64,000 bases of DNA from Candidatus Eiseniibacteriota bacterium (GCA_963707915.1 OY970178.1:448001-512000); one strand, 5' to 3'. Counted from the stretch's first letter, positions 49,297-60,834 are shown. Notes: generated by a model from the sequence alone, not told the origin. Numbers and translations are program-made.

Positions 49297-50141
49297 TGCA
49301 TCGGCCGCCTGCCCCGGGAGGCGGTCGCCGGGTCGATCTCCACGTGCACACCCTCTTCAGCGACGGCGTGCTCACGCCCGAGGCGGTCGTGGCGCACGCC
49401 CTCGAGCGCTCGCTGGCCGCGCTCGCCATCACCGACCACGACTCGATCGAGGGCGTGGAGCGCGCGCGGATCGCGGCCGGGACGGCCCTCGAGCTGGTGC
49501 CGGGGATCGAGGTCTCCTCCACGCTGGACGGCGCCGACCTGCACATCCTCGGCTACTACCTCGACCCGGAGGATGCCGGATTGACGGACTCGCTGGCGCG
49601 CTTTCGCGACGAGCGGTTGCGCCGCGCCCAGTCGATGGTCGATCGCCTGCGCGCCCTGGGCGCCCCGGTGGACTTCGAGGAAGTGCTCGAGCTGGCGGGG
49701 CCGGGCGTGGTGGGGAGACCGCACGTGGCCGAAGCGCTGGTGCGCGCCGGGCACGTCGAGACGGTGGACGAGGCCTTCCGGCGATTCATCGGGGCGCACG
49801 GCGAGGCCTTCGTGCAGCGGCCGGCCTTCCATCCCGAGCACGCCATCGCCCTGATCCACGCGGCCGGCGGGGTGAGCGTGCTGGCCCATCCCGGTCCCTC
49901 GCTGCCCGACCTGGTGGTGGAGCAACTCGCCGACGCCGGGCTGCGTGGCATCGAGGTCTGGCATCCCCAGCACGGCGCAGCCGCGGTGCGACGCTTCCAC
50001 GCCCTGGCGCGGCGTCTCGGTCTGCTGGAGACCGGCGGTTCCGATTACCACGGCTGGCCGCGCGGCGCCGCGCTGGGCGAACTGCCGGTCCCCGCGAGCG
50101 TACTGGGCCCCCTCAAACAAGCCGCCGGCGTCCCCGGCTGA
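49296..50141 (+). CDS. PHP-domain phosphoesterase (TrpH/YciV-like)
   Basis: DLHVHT..SDG, AITDHD, GIEVS, HILGY, GRPHVA, LAHP, GGSDYHG. Confidence 0.92.
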   Translation: MHRPPAPGGGRRVDLHVHTLFSDGVLTPEAVVAHALERSLAALAITDHDSIEGVERARIAAGTALELVPGIEVSSTLDGADLHILGYYLDPEDAGLTDSLARFRDERLRRAQSMVDRLRALGAPVDFEEVLELAGPGVVGRPHVAEALVRAGHVETVDEAFRRFIGAHGEAFVQRPAFHPEHAIALIHAAGGVSVLAHPGPSLPDLVVEQLADAGLRGIEVWHPQHGAAAVRRFHALARRLGLLETGGSDYHGWPRGAALGELPVPASVLGPLKQAAGVPG

Positions 50142-50326
50142 TCCTCGCCGGAGCGAGCGCGGCGATCGGGCGGGGCCGGCCGGCGCGGGAGACGCTCCCG
50201 GCCGGCATGGCGAACGCGCGAGGCGGGGCGGAAGCGGGCGGCCGGCGGGCCGCGCCCGCCTCGAACGTCGCCACCCCGGTTCCGTTGACTTGCGCGCACC
50301 GGTGACCCTAATCTGCGCGGGCCCTC

Positions 50327-50899
50327 ATGGATGACCTCCCGCCCCCTGTGGAGCCCGCGATCGAGCGCCCGCCGCTCACGTCCCGCCGCCTTGCGTACAT
50401 GGCGCTGCTCGTCGCTGTCTGCCTCGCCGGGGCCTACGCGCCGCGCCCCCCCGACTTCGAGGTGCAGACCCTCGGGATCTTCGGCGCCGGCGTGCTGCTC
50501 GGCGCCCGCGACGGCGCCCTCGTCGGGGGGCTCACGATGCTGGTGTACTCGTTGCTGAACCCGTACGGTCCCGCCCATCCGCTGGTGACCGTGGCCCAGT
50601 TGCTCGGGCAGGTCCCGGCCGGCATCGTCGGCGGCGGCTTCGCGGCGCTCGGTCTGCACGGGCGCCCCGTGGCCGTGCGCGGCGTCGCGCTCGCCGCCGC
50701 GGCCCTCGCGCTCACCCTGTGGTTCGATCTCGTGACCAACGTGGCGACCGGCCTGGTCTTCGGCCAGATGCGGGTCGTCCTCCTGCAAGGGATCCCATTC
50801 GCGCTATGGCACACCGGCTCCAACCTGCTGCTCTTCGTGCTGCTCGGGACGCCGCTCGTCGCGGTGTTCGGGCGCTATCGGGCGCGGCTCTCCTCCTGA
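50327..50899 (+). CDS. ECF transporter S-component-like membrane protein
   Basis: About six hydrophobic helices; LAYMALLVA...PDFEV....F.AG.LLG...G..VG; LNPYG. Confidence 0.7.
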   Translation: MDDLPPPVEPAIERPPLTSRRLAYMALLVAVCLAGAYAPRPPDFEVQTLGIFGAGVLLGARDGALVGGLTMLVYSLLNPYGPAHPLVTVAQLLGQVPAGIVGGGFAALGLHGRPVAVRGVALAAAALALTLWFDLVTNVATGLVFGQMRVVLLQGIPFALWHTGSNLLLFVLLGTPLVAVFGRYRARLSS

Positions 50900-52611
50900 C
50901 GCTGGCCGCGCCCGCCGCGCGCGCGCAGGCCCCGGACGCCGGCGCCGCGGCGCTGGCGGGACTCGGCCTGTGGGACGCCGCTTCGTGGTGGGGGCAGCCC
51001 GGGCGTGCCGGTTGGCAGCCCGGGGCGTGGTACGGGATGGCTCCTCCGGCCGCGCTGGCCGGCCTGGTCGTCGGCAGCTGGCGGCTGGACGAGCCCGGCC
51101 GCGCACCCGCCGCCATGCCCTGGCCGGGCGTGTGCCAGGCCCGCTCCCCGCTCGCCTGGTACGACTCCCTCGAGGTGCGCGGGGCGGATGAGGCCACGCT
51201 CGCCGGACTCGGCGGGACGCTCGCCGAACTGCGCGCCCGGCCCTTCGCCGTCGAGCGGCGGGCCCACTCCACCTTCGCGCTCGCCAACGGCGCGGGAGGC
51301 GTCGACGAGAACGCGCTGACCCTCGCCCGGGGAGACTCGCTGCGGGACTTCGCAGTGGACGTGGCGAGCGGCAAGAGCGGCGCGGTCGCGGGGCAGATGC
51401 TCACCAACCGGCACCTGTGGGGGGCGCACGCGAACGTGGCGCGGGGCCGCCACCGATTCTCGGCGGAATACTCCCAGCGCGGTGCGGCGACGCAGCTCGG
51501 GAGCATGGAGGGGCAGTCGGCGTCGGGCCGGAGCGCGGCGGCCCGGTGGCGCTGGCAGCGTGGCGGGGCGGCCTGGACGGCCGCGGTCTCGCAGGGGATG
51601 GACGAGCACGAGAGTTCCGGCGGGCGGCTCGACTACTCCAGCCGGGCCGCGCGGGAGACCCGCGTGGGCGCCGGCTTCGAACAGGTGCGCGACGGACGCG
51701 AAGCCGGAGCGCGGATCGAATGGAGCGATGCCTCGGTCAGCCGGTCGGGGGGCGGGGCGTTCTCGCGCGAGCGCCGCGACCTGTGGGGCTCGGTCCGCGC
51801 GCAGCTGCCCGCGGCGGGCGGACGCCTGGATCTCTCCGTGGGCGCGGGCCGGCTCGGGGGAGTGGAGCGTTTCGACGTGGCGCCCAGCGCCGCGTTCCGG
51901 GTGCGCGCGCGCGGGGCCGACGCGTCGCTGGGGATCGAGCGCACGCTCGCGCCGGTGTGGGCGGACCTTGCCGCGGGGACCGACCCGTTCCTGCAGCACG
52001 CCTGGATCGGCACGATCCGGCTGGCGCGCGCCCAGCCCGCGACCTGGCGCCCGCGCGCCTCGCTGCGGGCGGGGCGGGTGTACTCGCGCGCGTTGCTCGA
52101 GCGGCTGCCGTTCGAGGAGCTGTGGCTGCGCCGCGGGCTGCGCGCCGAGCCCGGTACCTACGACCTCGCGCTCGCCGAGGGTGGAGTCGAGTGGGCGGGG
52201 CGGCACGCCGGCGCGGGGCTCGAGGGCTTCGGTCTCGCCCACCGCAGCACCGTCACGCCGGCGGGCGTCGCGCGCGCCCCGCGGTCGGACCCGGATGCCG
52301 GCTTCCGGGCCTGGCTGGACGGGCACGTCACGCTGCTCGGCGGCGACCTGCGCCTGGGACTGCGGGGCGAGGCGGCCGGAGTGGGGTCGCGCGAGGCGCA
52401 GGCCGAGCCGCTGCGGCGCCTGCCCGGGTTCGTGACCTTCGCGCTGGTCGGCCAGGTCACGCTGCTGGAAGACGCGCTCATCGTCGTCCGCGCGACCAAC
52501 CTGGAGGACCGCGTGCGCGAGCAGCCGTGGACCGACTCGGCGACCGGACTGCCGGCGTTGACCGAGCGGCGCAGCGTGGTGCTGAGCTTCGTGTGGAGGC
52601 TGTTCGACTGA
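50806..52611 (+). CDS. Putative outer-membrane beta-barrel (porin/TonB-dependent receptor-like); start uncertain
   Basis: Signal-like AALLLTLAAPAARAQ; alternating beta-strand pattern; NLED...; C-terminal FVWRLFD. Confidence 0.55.
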   Translation: MAHRLQPAALRAARDAARRGVRALSGAALLLTLAAPAARAQAPDAGAAALAGLGLWDAASWWGQPGRAGWQPGAWYGMAPPAALAGLVVGSWRLDEPGRAPAAMPWPGVCQARSPLAWYDSLEVRGADEATLAGLGGTLAELRARPFAVERRAHSTFALANGAGGVDENALTLARGDSLRDFAVDVASGKSGAVAGQMLTNRHLWGAHANVARGRHRFSAEYSQRGAATQLGSMEGQSASGRSAAARWRWQRGGAAWTAAVSQGMDEHESSGGRLDYSSRAARETRVGAGFEQVRDGREAGARIEWSDASVSRSGGGAFSRERRDLWGSVRAQLPAAGGRLDLSVGAGRLGGVERFDVAPSAAFRVRARGADASLGIERTLAPVWADLAAGTDPFLQHAWIGTIRLARAQPATWRPRASLRAGRVYSRALLERLPFEELWLRRGLRAEPGTYDLALAEGGVEWAGRHAGAGLEGFGLAHRSTVTPAGVARAPRSDPDAGFRAWLDGHVTLLGGDLRLGLRGEAAGVGSREAQAEPLRRLPGFVTFALVGQVTLLEDALIVVRATNLEDRVREQPWTDSATGLPALTERRSVVLSFVWRLFD

Positions 52612-52687
52612 CCCCGGCTCCCGCGAGCGGGCCGGGCCGCCGAAGGCCCCGCCCGTCGCGGGAACGGCGCGCCCCCGCGGAGACCGG

Positions 52688-53146
52688 ATGCCTGCCTGGA
52701 CGCCGGCGGAGCGGCGCGGCGCGCTGGTGGTCGCGTTGCTCCTCTCGCTGGGCGCGGCGCGTGATCTGTGGCGCGCGGCGCACCCGCGCATGACCCCCGC
52801 GCCGCCGGCCACGACGGAGGTCTCGAGCGGCGCTTCGGCGCCCGCCGCCGGCCCGCCGGCGGGAAGCGCCGGCCCGGAACCGGCCGGGGCCGGGGCGGTG
52901 GTCGACCTCAACCAGGCCGGGCTCGCCGAGCTGGACGCCCTGCCCGGCATCGGTCCGGTGCTGGCCGGACGCATCCTGCAGCACCGCAGCGCCCACGGCC
53001 CGTTCCGGGAACCGGAGGACCTGCTCGCGGTGCCCGGCATCGGGCCGCGCCTCTACGAGCGCCTCCGGCCCCGGATCCGCGTCGGCCCCGCCCGGGCGCC
53101 TGCGGCCGGGAGTCGAGCGAAGCCGGGCGGCCCGTCCGGGCCCTGA
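52688..53146 (+). CDS. comEA: ComEA-family helix-hairpin-helix DNA-binding protein
   Basis: VDLNQA...LDALPGIGP.LA.RI...R..HGPF...EDL..VPGIG. Confidence 0.88.
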   Translation: MPAWTPAERRGALVVALLLSLGAARDLWRAAHPRMTPAPPATTEVSSGASAPAAGPPAGSAGPEPAGAGAVVDLNQAGLAELDALPGIGPVLAGRILQHRSAHGPFREPEDLLAVPGIGPRLYERLRPRIRVGPARAPAAGSRAKPGGPSGP

Positions 53147-53395
53147 GGGCCTTGCAATCGGCATCCCCGGCGCGGCTTTCCGCCTGCGGATTCTGGTTCA
53201 GGAGTCCGGGGAGGCCGGCCGATAACCCAGGTGAAACACGACGCCCAAGTGCATCGTGCGCGGCCGTTTGCTCCCTGGAGTCCGGCCGCGCGGATGCACG
53301 TGGCTTTCGTTCGCAGGCTCAGCGCCGCGCGACTCCAGTCTCCGCTGCCGCGGAGCGCGTGTCGCGTGGCAGGACCACCGCCGGGGACGAGATTC

Positions 53396-55090
53396 GTGCA
53401 GGAAGACATCGGACAGCTGCTCCTGGCAGCCCAATTGATCGACGAGGACGGGCTCGGCAAGGCCTCGCTCCAGCAGAAGAACATGGGCGGGAGCCTGACC
53501 GGGAACCTGGTCAAGATCGGTGCGATCAGCGAGGACGCGCTCCTGGAGTTCCTCGCGTCGCACTACGGGACGCCCCAGTTCGACCTGAAGAACTTCACGC
53601 CCGACCCGGCGCTCACGCGCCTGATCCCGGGCGACGTCGCCAGCCGCTTCATGGCCCTGCCGGTCGCCCGCAGCGGGCGGCGGCTGGTGGTCGCCATGGC
53701 GAACCCGACCAACATCTTCGCCATCGACGACATCAAGTTCATCACCGGCTACGAGGTCGAGCCGCGGGTCGCGACGGAGGCCGCGCTCAAGAAGGCCCTG
53801 GACCGCGCCTACGACTCGGCCAGCACGATGGCCGACGTGATGAAGGGCATCGAGGACGACCTCTCGGTCGTCGAGGACGACGACAGCGCCGAGGCCGAGG
53901 CGGGGCTCTCGGCGGCCGACGAGGCGCCGATCGTGAAGCTGGTGAACTCGCTCATCGCCGACGCGGTGCGCAAGGGCGCCTCCGACATCCACGTCGAGCC
54001 CTACGAGCGGAGCATGCGGGTGCGCTTCCGCATCGACGGCGTGATGCAGGAGATGATGGCGCCGCCGTTCAAGTTCAAGGCCGCCATCCTCTCGCGACTG
54101 AAGATCATGGCGGAGCTGGACATCGCCGAGCGGCGCGTGCCGCAGGACGGGCGCATCAAGATCAAGGTGATGAACCGCACCATCGACCTGCGCGTCTCGT
54201 CGCTGCCGACCATCTTCGGCGAGAAGATCGTGATGCGCATCCTCGACAAGGCGAACCTCAACATCGACCTGGAGAGGCTCGGCTTCGAGCCGGCCTCGAT
54301 GAAGGAGTTCATCTCGGCGATCGCCAACCCGTACGGCATGGTGCTGGTCACCGGGCCCACCGGCTCCGGCAAGACCACCACGCTCTACTCGGCGCTCTCG
54401 CGGGTGAACACCCCCGAGGTCAACGTGATGACCGCCGAGGACCCGGTCGAGTACAACCTCGACGGCATCAACCAGGTGCTGGTGCACGAGGACATCGGCC
54501 TCACCTTCGCCGCGGCGCTCAAGGCGTTCCTGCGGCAGGACCCCAACATCATCATGGTGGGCGAGATCCGCGACCTGGACACCGGCTCGATCGCGGTGAA
54601 GGCGGCGCTCACCGGCCACCTGGTGCTCTCCACGCTGCACACCAACGACGCGCCGAGCGCGATCGGCCGCATGATCGACATGGGGGTCGAGCCGTTCCTG
54701 GTGGCGTCGTCGGTGAACCTGATCCTGGCCCAGCGCCTCGTGCGCAAGGTGTGCAACGGCTGCAAGGCGCCGATCACGCTCAGCCAGGAGGTGCTGCACG
54801 AACTGCAGCTCACCCCCGAGCAGGCTGCCGGCGCGACGTTCGTCGAGGGACGCGGCTGCGTGGACTGCAACAACACCGGCTACCGCGGGCGGCAGGGCGT
54901 CTACGAGGTGATGTCGATGACGCCGGCGATCCGCGAGCTCGTGCTGGAGCGGGCATCGGCCAACGAGATCAAGCGCGTGGCCATCTCGCAGGGCATGCTG
55001 ACCCTGCGCCGCGACGCGCTGGAGAAGCTCAAGCGCGGCATGACCACGGTCGAGGAAGTGCTCAAGGAGACGGCGGCCGACCAGTTCTAG
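53396..55090 (+). CDS. pilB: Type IV pilus assembly ATPase
   Basis: ASDIHVEP, LDIAERRVPQDG, GPTGSGKTTTLY, AEDPVEY, LRQDP, GHLVLSTLHTND, CxxC pairs; GTG start at 53396. Confidence 0.95.
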   Translation: MQEDIGQLLLAAQLIDEDGLGKASLQQKNMGGSLTGNLVKIGAISEDALLEFLASHYGTPQFDLKNFTPDPALTRLIPGDVASRFMALPVARSGRRLVVAMANPTNIFAIDDIKFITGYEVEPRVATEAALKKALDRAYDSASTMADVMKGIEDDLSVVEDDDSAEAEAGLSAADEAPIVKLVNSLIADAVRKGASDIHVEPYERSMRVRFRIDGVMQEMMAPPFKFKAAILSRLKIMAELDIAERRVPQDGRIKIKVMNRTIDLRVSSLPTIFGEKIVMRILDKANLNIDLERLGFEPASMKEFISAIANPYGMVLVTGPTGSGKTTTLYSALSRVNTPEVNVMTAEDPVEYNLDGINQVLVHEDIGLTFAAALKAFLRQDPNIIMVGEIRDLDTGSIAVKAALTGHLVLSTLHTNDAPSAIGRMIDMGVEPFLVASSVNLILAQRLVRKVCNGCKAPITLSQEVLHELQLTPEQAAGATFVEGRGCVDCNNTGYRGRQGVYEVMSMTPAIRELVLERASANEIKRVAISQGMLTLRRDALEKLKRGMTTVEEVLKETAADQF

Positions 55091-55160
55091 GAACGCACCG
55101 GCGCGGGTCCCGCAACCGGCGGGGGCCCTCACCGTCGAATCGGAGAGGAGAGGACCAGAC

Positions 55161-56264
55161 GTGGTGACCCTTCGCCAGCTGCTCGAGGACATGGTGTCGA
55201 GGCGGGCCTCGGACCTGCACATCACGGCCGGAGTGCCGCCGGAGTTCCGCGTGGACGGGATCATCGCGCCGAGCGAGTACGAGGTGCTCAGCCCCGACGA
55301 CACCGGCAAGCTCGCGTACAGCGTGATGTCGGACGAACAGCGCAAGCGCTTCGAGACCACCAAGGAGCTGGACTTCTCGTTCGGCATCAAGGGCCTGGCG
55401 CGCTACCGCGCGAACGTCTTCCTGCAGCGTGGCACGGTCTGCATGGTGATCCGCCAGATCCCCTTCGAGATCCTGCAGATGGACAAGCTGGGGCTGCCGA
55501 ACGTGGCCCGGGAGTTCACCAACCGGATGAAGGGGATGATCCTGGTGACCGGGCCGACCGGCAGCGGCAAGTCGACGACGCTGGCGGCGATGCTGGACAA
55601 GATCAACCAGACGCGCCAGTGCCACATCATCACCATCGAGGACCCGGTCGAGTACATCCATCACCACAAGAAGTGCATCGTGAACCAGCGGGAGGTCGGC
55701 TCGGACACGACGTCCTTCCCGACCGCGCTCAAGTACGTCCTGCGCCAGGACCCGGACATCATCCTGATCGGCGAGATGCGCGACCTCGAGACCATCGAGG
55801 CGGCGCTCACCATCGCCGAGACCGGGCACCTGGTGTTCGCCACCCTGCACACCAACTCGACCTACGAGGCGGTCAACCGCATCGTGGACGTGTTCCCCGC
55901 CGACCAGCAGAAGCAGATCCTCACCCAGCTCGCCTTCACGCTCGAAGGCGTGATCACCCAGCAGCTCATCCCGCGCAGCCACGGCTCGGGGCGCATCCTG
56001 TGCGCCGAGGTGCTGGTGTGCACGCCGGCCATCAAGGCGGTGATCCGCGAGGGCAAGACGCACCAGATCTACAGCCTGATGCAGGCCGGGCAGAAGTTCG
56101 GCATGCAGACCATGAACCAGGCGCTCCTGCAGGCGGTGCTCGACAAGCACCTGAGTCCCGAGGACGCGTTCGAACACTGCAGCGACCGGACCGAGCTCGA
56201 GGGGATGCTCGGGAAGGTCTGGGCCGGTTCGGCGGGCGGTTCGACCCACCGGAAAGTCGCGTAG
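55161..56264 (+). CDS. pilT: Type IV pilus retraction ATPase
   Basis: ASDLHI, GPTGSGKSTTLAA, IEDPVEY, QREVG.DT, AETGHLVFATLHTN, AIKAVIRE (AIRNLIRE-like), GMQTM. Confidence 0.95.
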   Translation: MVTLRQLLEDMVSRRASDLHITAGVPPEFRVDGIIAPSEYEVLSPDDTGKLAYSVMSDEQRKRFETTKELDFSFGIKGLARYRANVFLQRGTVCMVIRQIPFEILQMDKLGLPNVAREFTNRMKGMILVTGPTGSGKSTTLAAMLDKINQTRQCHIITIEDPVEYIHHHKKCIVNQREVGSDTTSFPTALKYVLRQDPDIILIGEMRDLETIEAALTIAETGHLVFATLHTNSTYEAVNRIVDVFPADQQKQILTQLAFTLEGVITQQLIPRSHGSGRILCAEVLVCTPAIKAVIREGKTHQIYSLMQAGQKFGMQTMNQALLQAVLDKHLSPEDAFEHCSDRTELEGMLGKVWAGSAGGSTHRKVA

Positions 56265-56273
56265 GAGGATCCC

Positions 56274-57491
56274 ATGCCTGTCTTCGTTTGGAAGGGACGC
56301 ACGCTCGCCGGTGAGGCGCAGAGCGGGGAGATCGAGGTCGGGCGCCAGGACGAGGCCGTCGACCTGCTGCGCAAGAGGAAGATCCTGGTCACCTCGATGC
56401 GGCCCAAGTCCGGCGGCTTCAAGATGCCGAAGCTGGGCGGCAGCGGCGTGACGACCAAGGACCTCGCCATCTTCACCCGTCAGTTCGCGACCATGATCTC
56501 GGCCGGCCTGCCGCTGGTCCAGTGCCTCGACATCCTCGCCAAGCAGTCGTCGAAGCCCTCGTTCGGCCGGGTGATCGGCGAGGTCACGCGCGAGGTCGAG
56601 GCCGGCGCGACGCTCGCGGACGCGCTGGGCAAGCACAAGGACGTCTTCGACGACCTGTTCCGCAACATGGTGGCCGCGGGCGAGGCCGGCGGCGTGCTGG
56701 ACGAGATCCTCATGCGGCTCGCCACCTACATCGAGAAGGCGGACGCCCTGAAGCGCAAGGTCCAGGGCGCGATGGTCTACCCGGCGGTGGTGCTCTCGGT
56801 CTGCGTCGGCGCCGCGGCCTTCATGCTGATCTTCATCATCCCGACGTTCGCGAAGATGTTCACGGACTTCGGCGGGGAGCTGCCGCTGCCCACCAAGATC
56901 GTCCTGATGCTGTCGAACGGGCTGCAGCGGTACTGGTGGGTGATGGTGCTGGGGATCGTCGGCGGGGTGATCGCGTTCAAGCGCTACCACGCCACCGAGT
57001 CCGGCCACCGGAACATCGACGCGACCATGCTGAAGGTGCCGGTGCTGGGCGACGTGCTGCTGAAGGGCGCGGTGGCCCGCTTCACGCGCACGCTCGGCAC
57101 GCTGATCGCGTCGGGCGTGCCCATCCTGGCGGGCCTCGAGATCACGGCCCGCACCTCGGGCAACCGGATCATCTCCGAGGCCATCATGACGGCCCGCTCG
57201 TCGATCAGCGAGGGCGAGACGGTGTCGGCCCCGCTCAAGGCGTCGGGCGTGTTCCCGCCGATGGTGGTGCAGATGATCTCGGTGGGCGAGCAGACCGGCG
57301 CGCTCGACGAGATGCTCACCAAGATCGCGGTGTTCTACGAGTCGGAGGTGGACACCGCGGTGGACAGCATGACCTCGATCATCGAGCCGCTGATGATCGT
57401 GATGATGGGCGGCATGGTCGGCGGCATGGTGGTCGCGATGTACCTGCCGATGTTCAAGCTGATCAGCGTGGTCGCCGGCGGGTCGAACTGA
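56274..57491 (+). CDS. pilC: Type IV pilus inner-membrane platform protein (GspF family)
   Basis: FTRQFATMISAGLP, AGEAGG.LD, YP, GEQTG.LDEML, EP, MYLPMF. Confidence 0.95.
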   Translation: MPVFVWKGRTLAGEAQSGEIEVGRQDEAVDLLRKRKILVTSMRPKSGGFKMPKLGGSGVTTKDLAIFTRQFATMISAGLPLVQCLDILAKQSSKPSFGRVIGEVTREVEAGATLADALGKHKDVFDDLFRNMVAAGEAGGVLDEILMRLATYIEKADALKRKVQGAMVYPAVVLSVCVGAAAFMLIFIIPTFAKMFTDFGGELPLPTKIVLMLSNGLQRYWWVMVLGIVGGVIAFKRYHATESGHRNIDATMLKVPVLGDVLLKGAVARFTRTLGTLIASGVPILAGLEITARTSGNRIISEAIMTARSSISEGETVSAPLKASGVFPPMVVQMISVGEQTGALDEMLTKIAVFYESEVDTAVDSMTSIIEPLMIVMMGGMVGGMVVAMYLPMFKLISVVAGGSN

Positions 57492-57493
57492 CG

Positions 57494-59197
57494 ATGACGA
57501 CGCTCGCGCACGAGCCGGCCGGTCCGGGCAGCCCGCCCGCCCTGCCGCATCCCGCGCCCGGCCCCGGTGGCCGGGAGCGGGCGCCCGTGCGTGGGCTGAT
57601 GACGCTGGTGTGGGGCCGGCTGGTGGTCGCGGCGCTGGCGTTGCCGTTGGGCCTGCTGATGCGCCCCGACGCCGACGGGGGGGCGCGCGCCCTGTTCGCC
57701 GCGTCGGCCGCGTGGGTCGTGGCGCTCTCGGCGGTGTTCGCGCTCGCGCTTCGCACCCGGCGCTCGCTCGCGCTCCAGGGCCACGCGCAGCTGGTCGCGG
57801 ACCTCCTCCTGGTGACGGCGCTGGCGGCGCACACCGGCGGGCGGGGCAGCCCGTTCGTGCTGTTCTACGTGCTGGTGGTCATCTCGGGCGGGCTGCTGGC
57901 CCGGCTCGGCGGCGGGCTGTTCGCCGCCGCGGGCGCGGGCGGCGCCTACCTGCTCCTCCCGGCGCTCGCGGCGCGCGTCGACCCCTCCGGGGCCGCGGCC
58001 CCGGAGACCGCGCTCCCGGCCGGGATGCTGCTGGCCTTCGTCGCCATCGTGGGGGTGCTGGCCGGTGTGCTGGGGCGCCGGGTGCGCGCCACGCGCGACG
58101 ACCTGGAGCGCACCACGCGCGAGCTCGACCGGGTGCGCGTGGATAACGACGTCATCCTGCGGCACCTGGCGACCGGCGTCCTCACGGTGGATGCCTGGGG
58201 GACGGTGGCCTACCTGAACCCGGCCGCCGAGCAGGTGCTGGGACTGCGGACGCCGGAGCTGCGCGGGCGCGCGCTGCGGGAGGCGCTGCCCGATCGCATC
58301 GGGCTGCTGCGCGACCTGGTGCAGGACACGCTGGCCCGCGGCGAGCCCCGGATGCGTGCCGAGATGACCGCGCGCTCGGCCGCCGGTCACGAGCTGGTGC
58401 TGGGGGTGACCACCAACCTGTTGCGCCACGAAGGCGCGGTGACCGGGGTCGTGGCGGTCTTCCAGGACCTGACCGCGGTGCGCGCCATGGAGCAGCGCGC
58501 GCGCCGCAACCAGACGCTGGCCGAGGTGGGCGCGCTGGCCGCGGGGATCGCGCACGAGTTGCGCAACGGGCTCAACCCGATCAGCGGCTCGGTGGAGTTC
58601 CTGCAGCGCGAGCTCAAGCCCGAGGGGGAGAGTGCCGTGCTCATGAACCTCATCACGCGGGAGTGCGGGCGGCTCAACCGGTTCGTGTGCGACCTGTTGA
58701 GCTACGCGCGCGAGCGCGACCTGGTGCTGGAGCCGTTCGACCTCGACGACCACATGGACGAGCTGCGCGACGGGCTGCGGAGCGATCCGCGTTGCGGCGC
58801 CGGGGTCCGGGTCGCCTTCGAGCCGCCGGGCACCGGCGTGCGCCTGCGGGGCGACCGCGGGCAGTTGCGGCAGGTCTGGCTGAACCTGGTCAACAACGCG
58901 CTGGACGCGATGGCCGGCGTCGGCACGCTGACGGTGCGCTGGCGTCCGGCGGATGGCGGGCGGGTGGTCGTGGAGTTCCAGGACCAGGGGGCCGGCATCG
59001 CCCCCGAGGTCCTGCCGCGCGTCGGAGAGCCCTTCTTCACCACCAAGCAGGAAGGCACCGGGCTGGGCGTGGCGATGGCCCAGCGGATCCTGGAGCGGCA
59101 CGGCGGCTCGCTGGTCTTCGAGAGCGCGCCGGGCCGCGGCACGATCGTCCGGGTGAGCCTGCCTGCCGAAGTCGAAATCCTGGCGAAAGCCGCTTGA
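57494..59197 (+). CDS. pilS: PilS-like sensor histidine kinase (TM region, PAS, HisKA, HATPase)
   Basis: AHELRN, QVWLNLVNNA, DQGAGI, PFFTTK..GTGLG; position between pilC and the sigma54 activator. Confidence 0.85.
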   Translation: MTTLAHEPAGPGSPPALPHPAPGPGGRERAPVRGLMTLVWGRLVVAALALPLGLLMRPDADGGARALFAASAAWVVALSAVFALALRTRRSLALQGHAQLVADLLLVTALAAHTGGRGSPFVLFYVLVVISGGLLARLGGGLFAAAGAGGAYLLLPALAARVDPSGAAAPETALPAGMLLAFVAIVGVLAGVLGRRVRATRDDLERTTRELDRVRVDNDVILRHLATGVLTVDAWGTVAYLNPAAEQVLGLRTPELRGRALREALPDRIGLLRDLVQDTLARGEPRMRAEMTARSAAGHELVLGVTTNLLRHEGAVTGVVAVFQDLTAVRAMEQRARRNQTLAEVGALAAGIAHELRNGLNPISGSVEFLQRELKPEGESAVLMNLITRECGRLNRFVCDLLSYARERDLVLEPFDLDDHMDELRDGLRSDPRCGAGVRVAFEPPGTGVRLRGDRGQLRQVWLNLVNNALDAMAGVGTLTVRWRPADGGRVVVEFQDQGAGIAPEVLPRVGEPFFTTKQEGTGLGVAMAQRILERHGGSLVFESAPGRGTIVRVSLPAEVEILAKAA

Positions 59198-59231
59198 GAG
59201 CCACGAACGCCCTTCTGGAGAGGTGATCCAC

Positions 59232-60644
<1,413 letters not shown>

Positions 60645-60676
60645 GGATTGCAGCGTGCACGGAATGGCCGCCTGCA

Positions 60677-60719
60677 TTGCGAATCGCGCAACCGGTGGCC
60701 GGTCGCAAGGAGGATTGCG
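60677..60719 (+). promoter_or_regulatory. Candidate enhancer (PilR-binding) sites upstream of pilA1
   Basis: TTGCG-N5-CGCAA (60677-60691) and CGCAA-N6-TTGCG (60704-60719), about 100-140 bp upstream of the sigma54 promoter. Confidence 0.45.
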
Positions 60720-60818
60720 CGGTCCCGGCCCGGCCCGGGGGACGCGCAGGACGGACCCGAAGCAGTCAACTCGAAGTGCGGGAACGCAGTAGGGAAGCAG
60801 CACGGGGAAGGCCGCGCG

Positions 60819-60834
60819 TGGCACGGCGGTTGCT
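60819..60834 (+). promoter_or_regulatory. sigma54 (-24/-12) promoter of pilA1
   Basis: TGGCACGGCGGTTGCT, consensus match, downstream of pilR. Confidence 0.85.

Noticed and set aside
50142..50326. Cobalamin or other riboswitch upstream of the ECF S gene
   Set aside because: GC-rich stems are present but I see no B12-box or other aptamer consensus, and the candidate promoter lies downstream of them.
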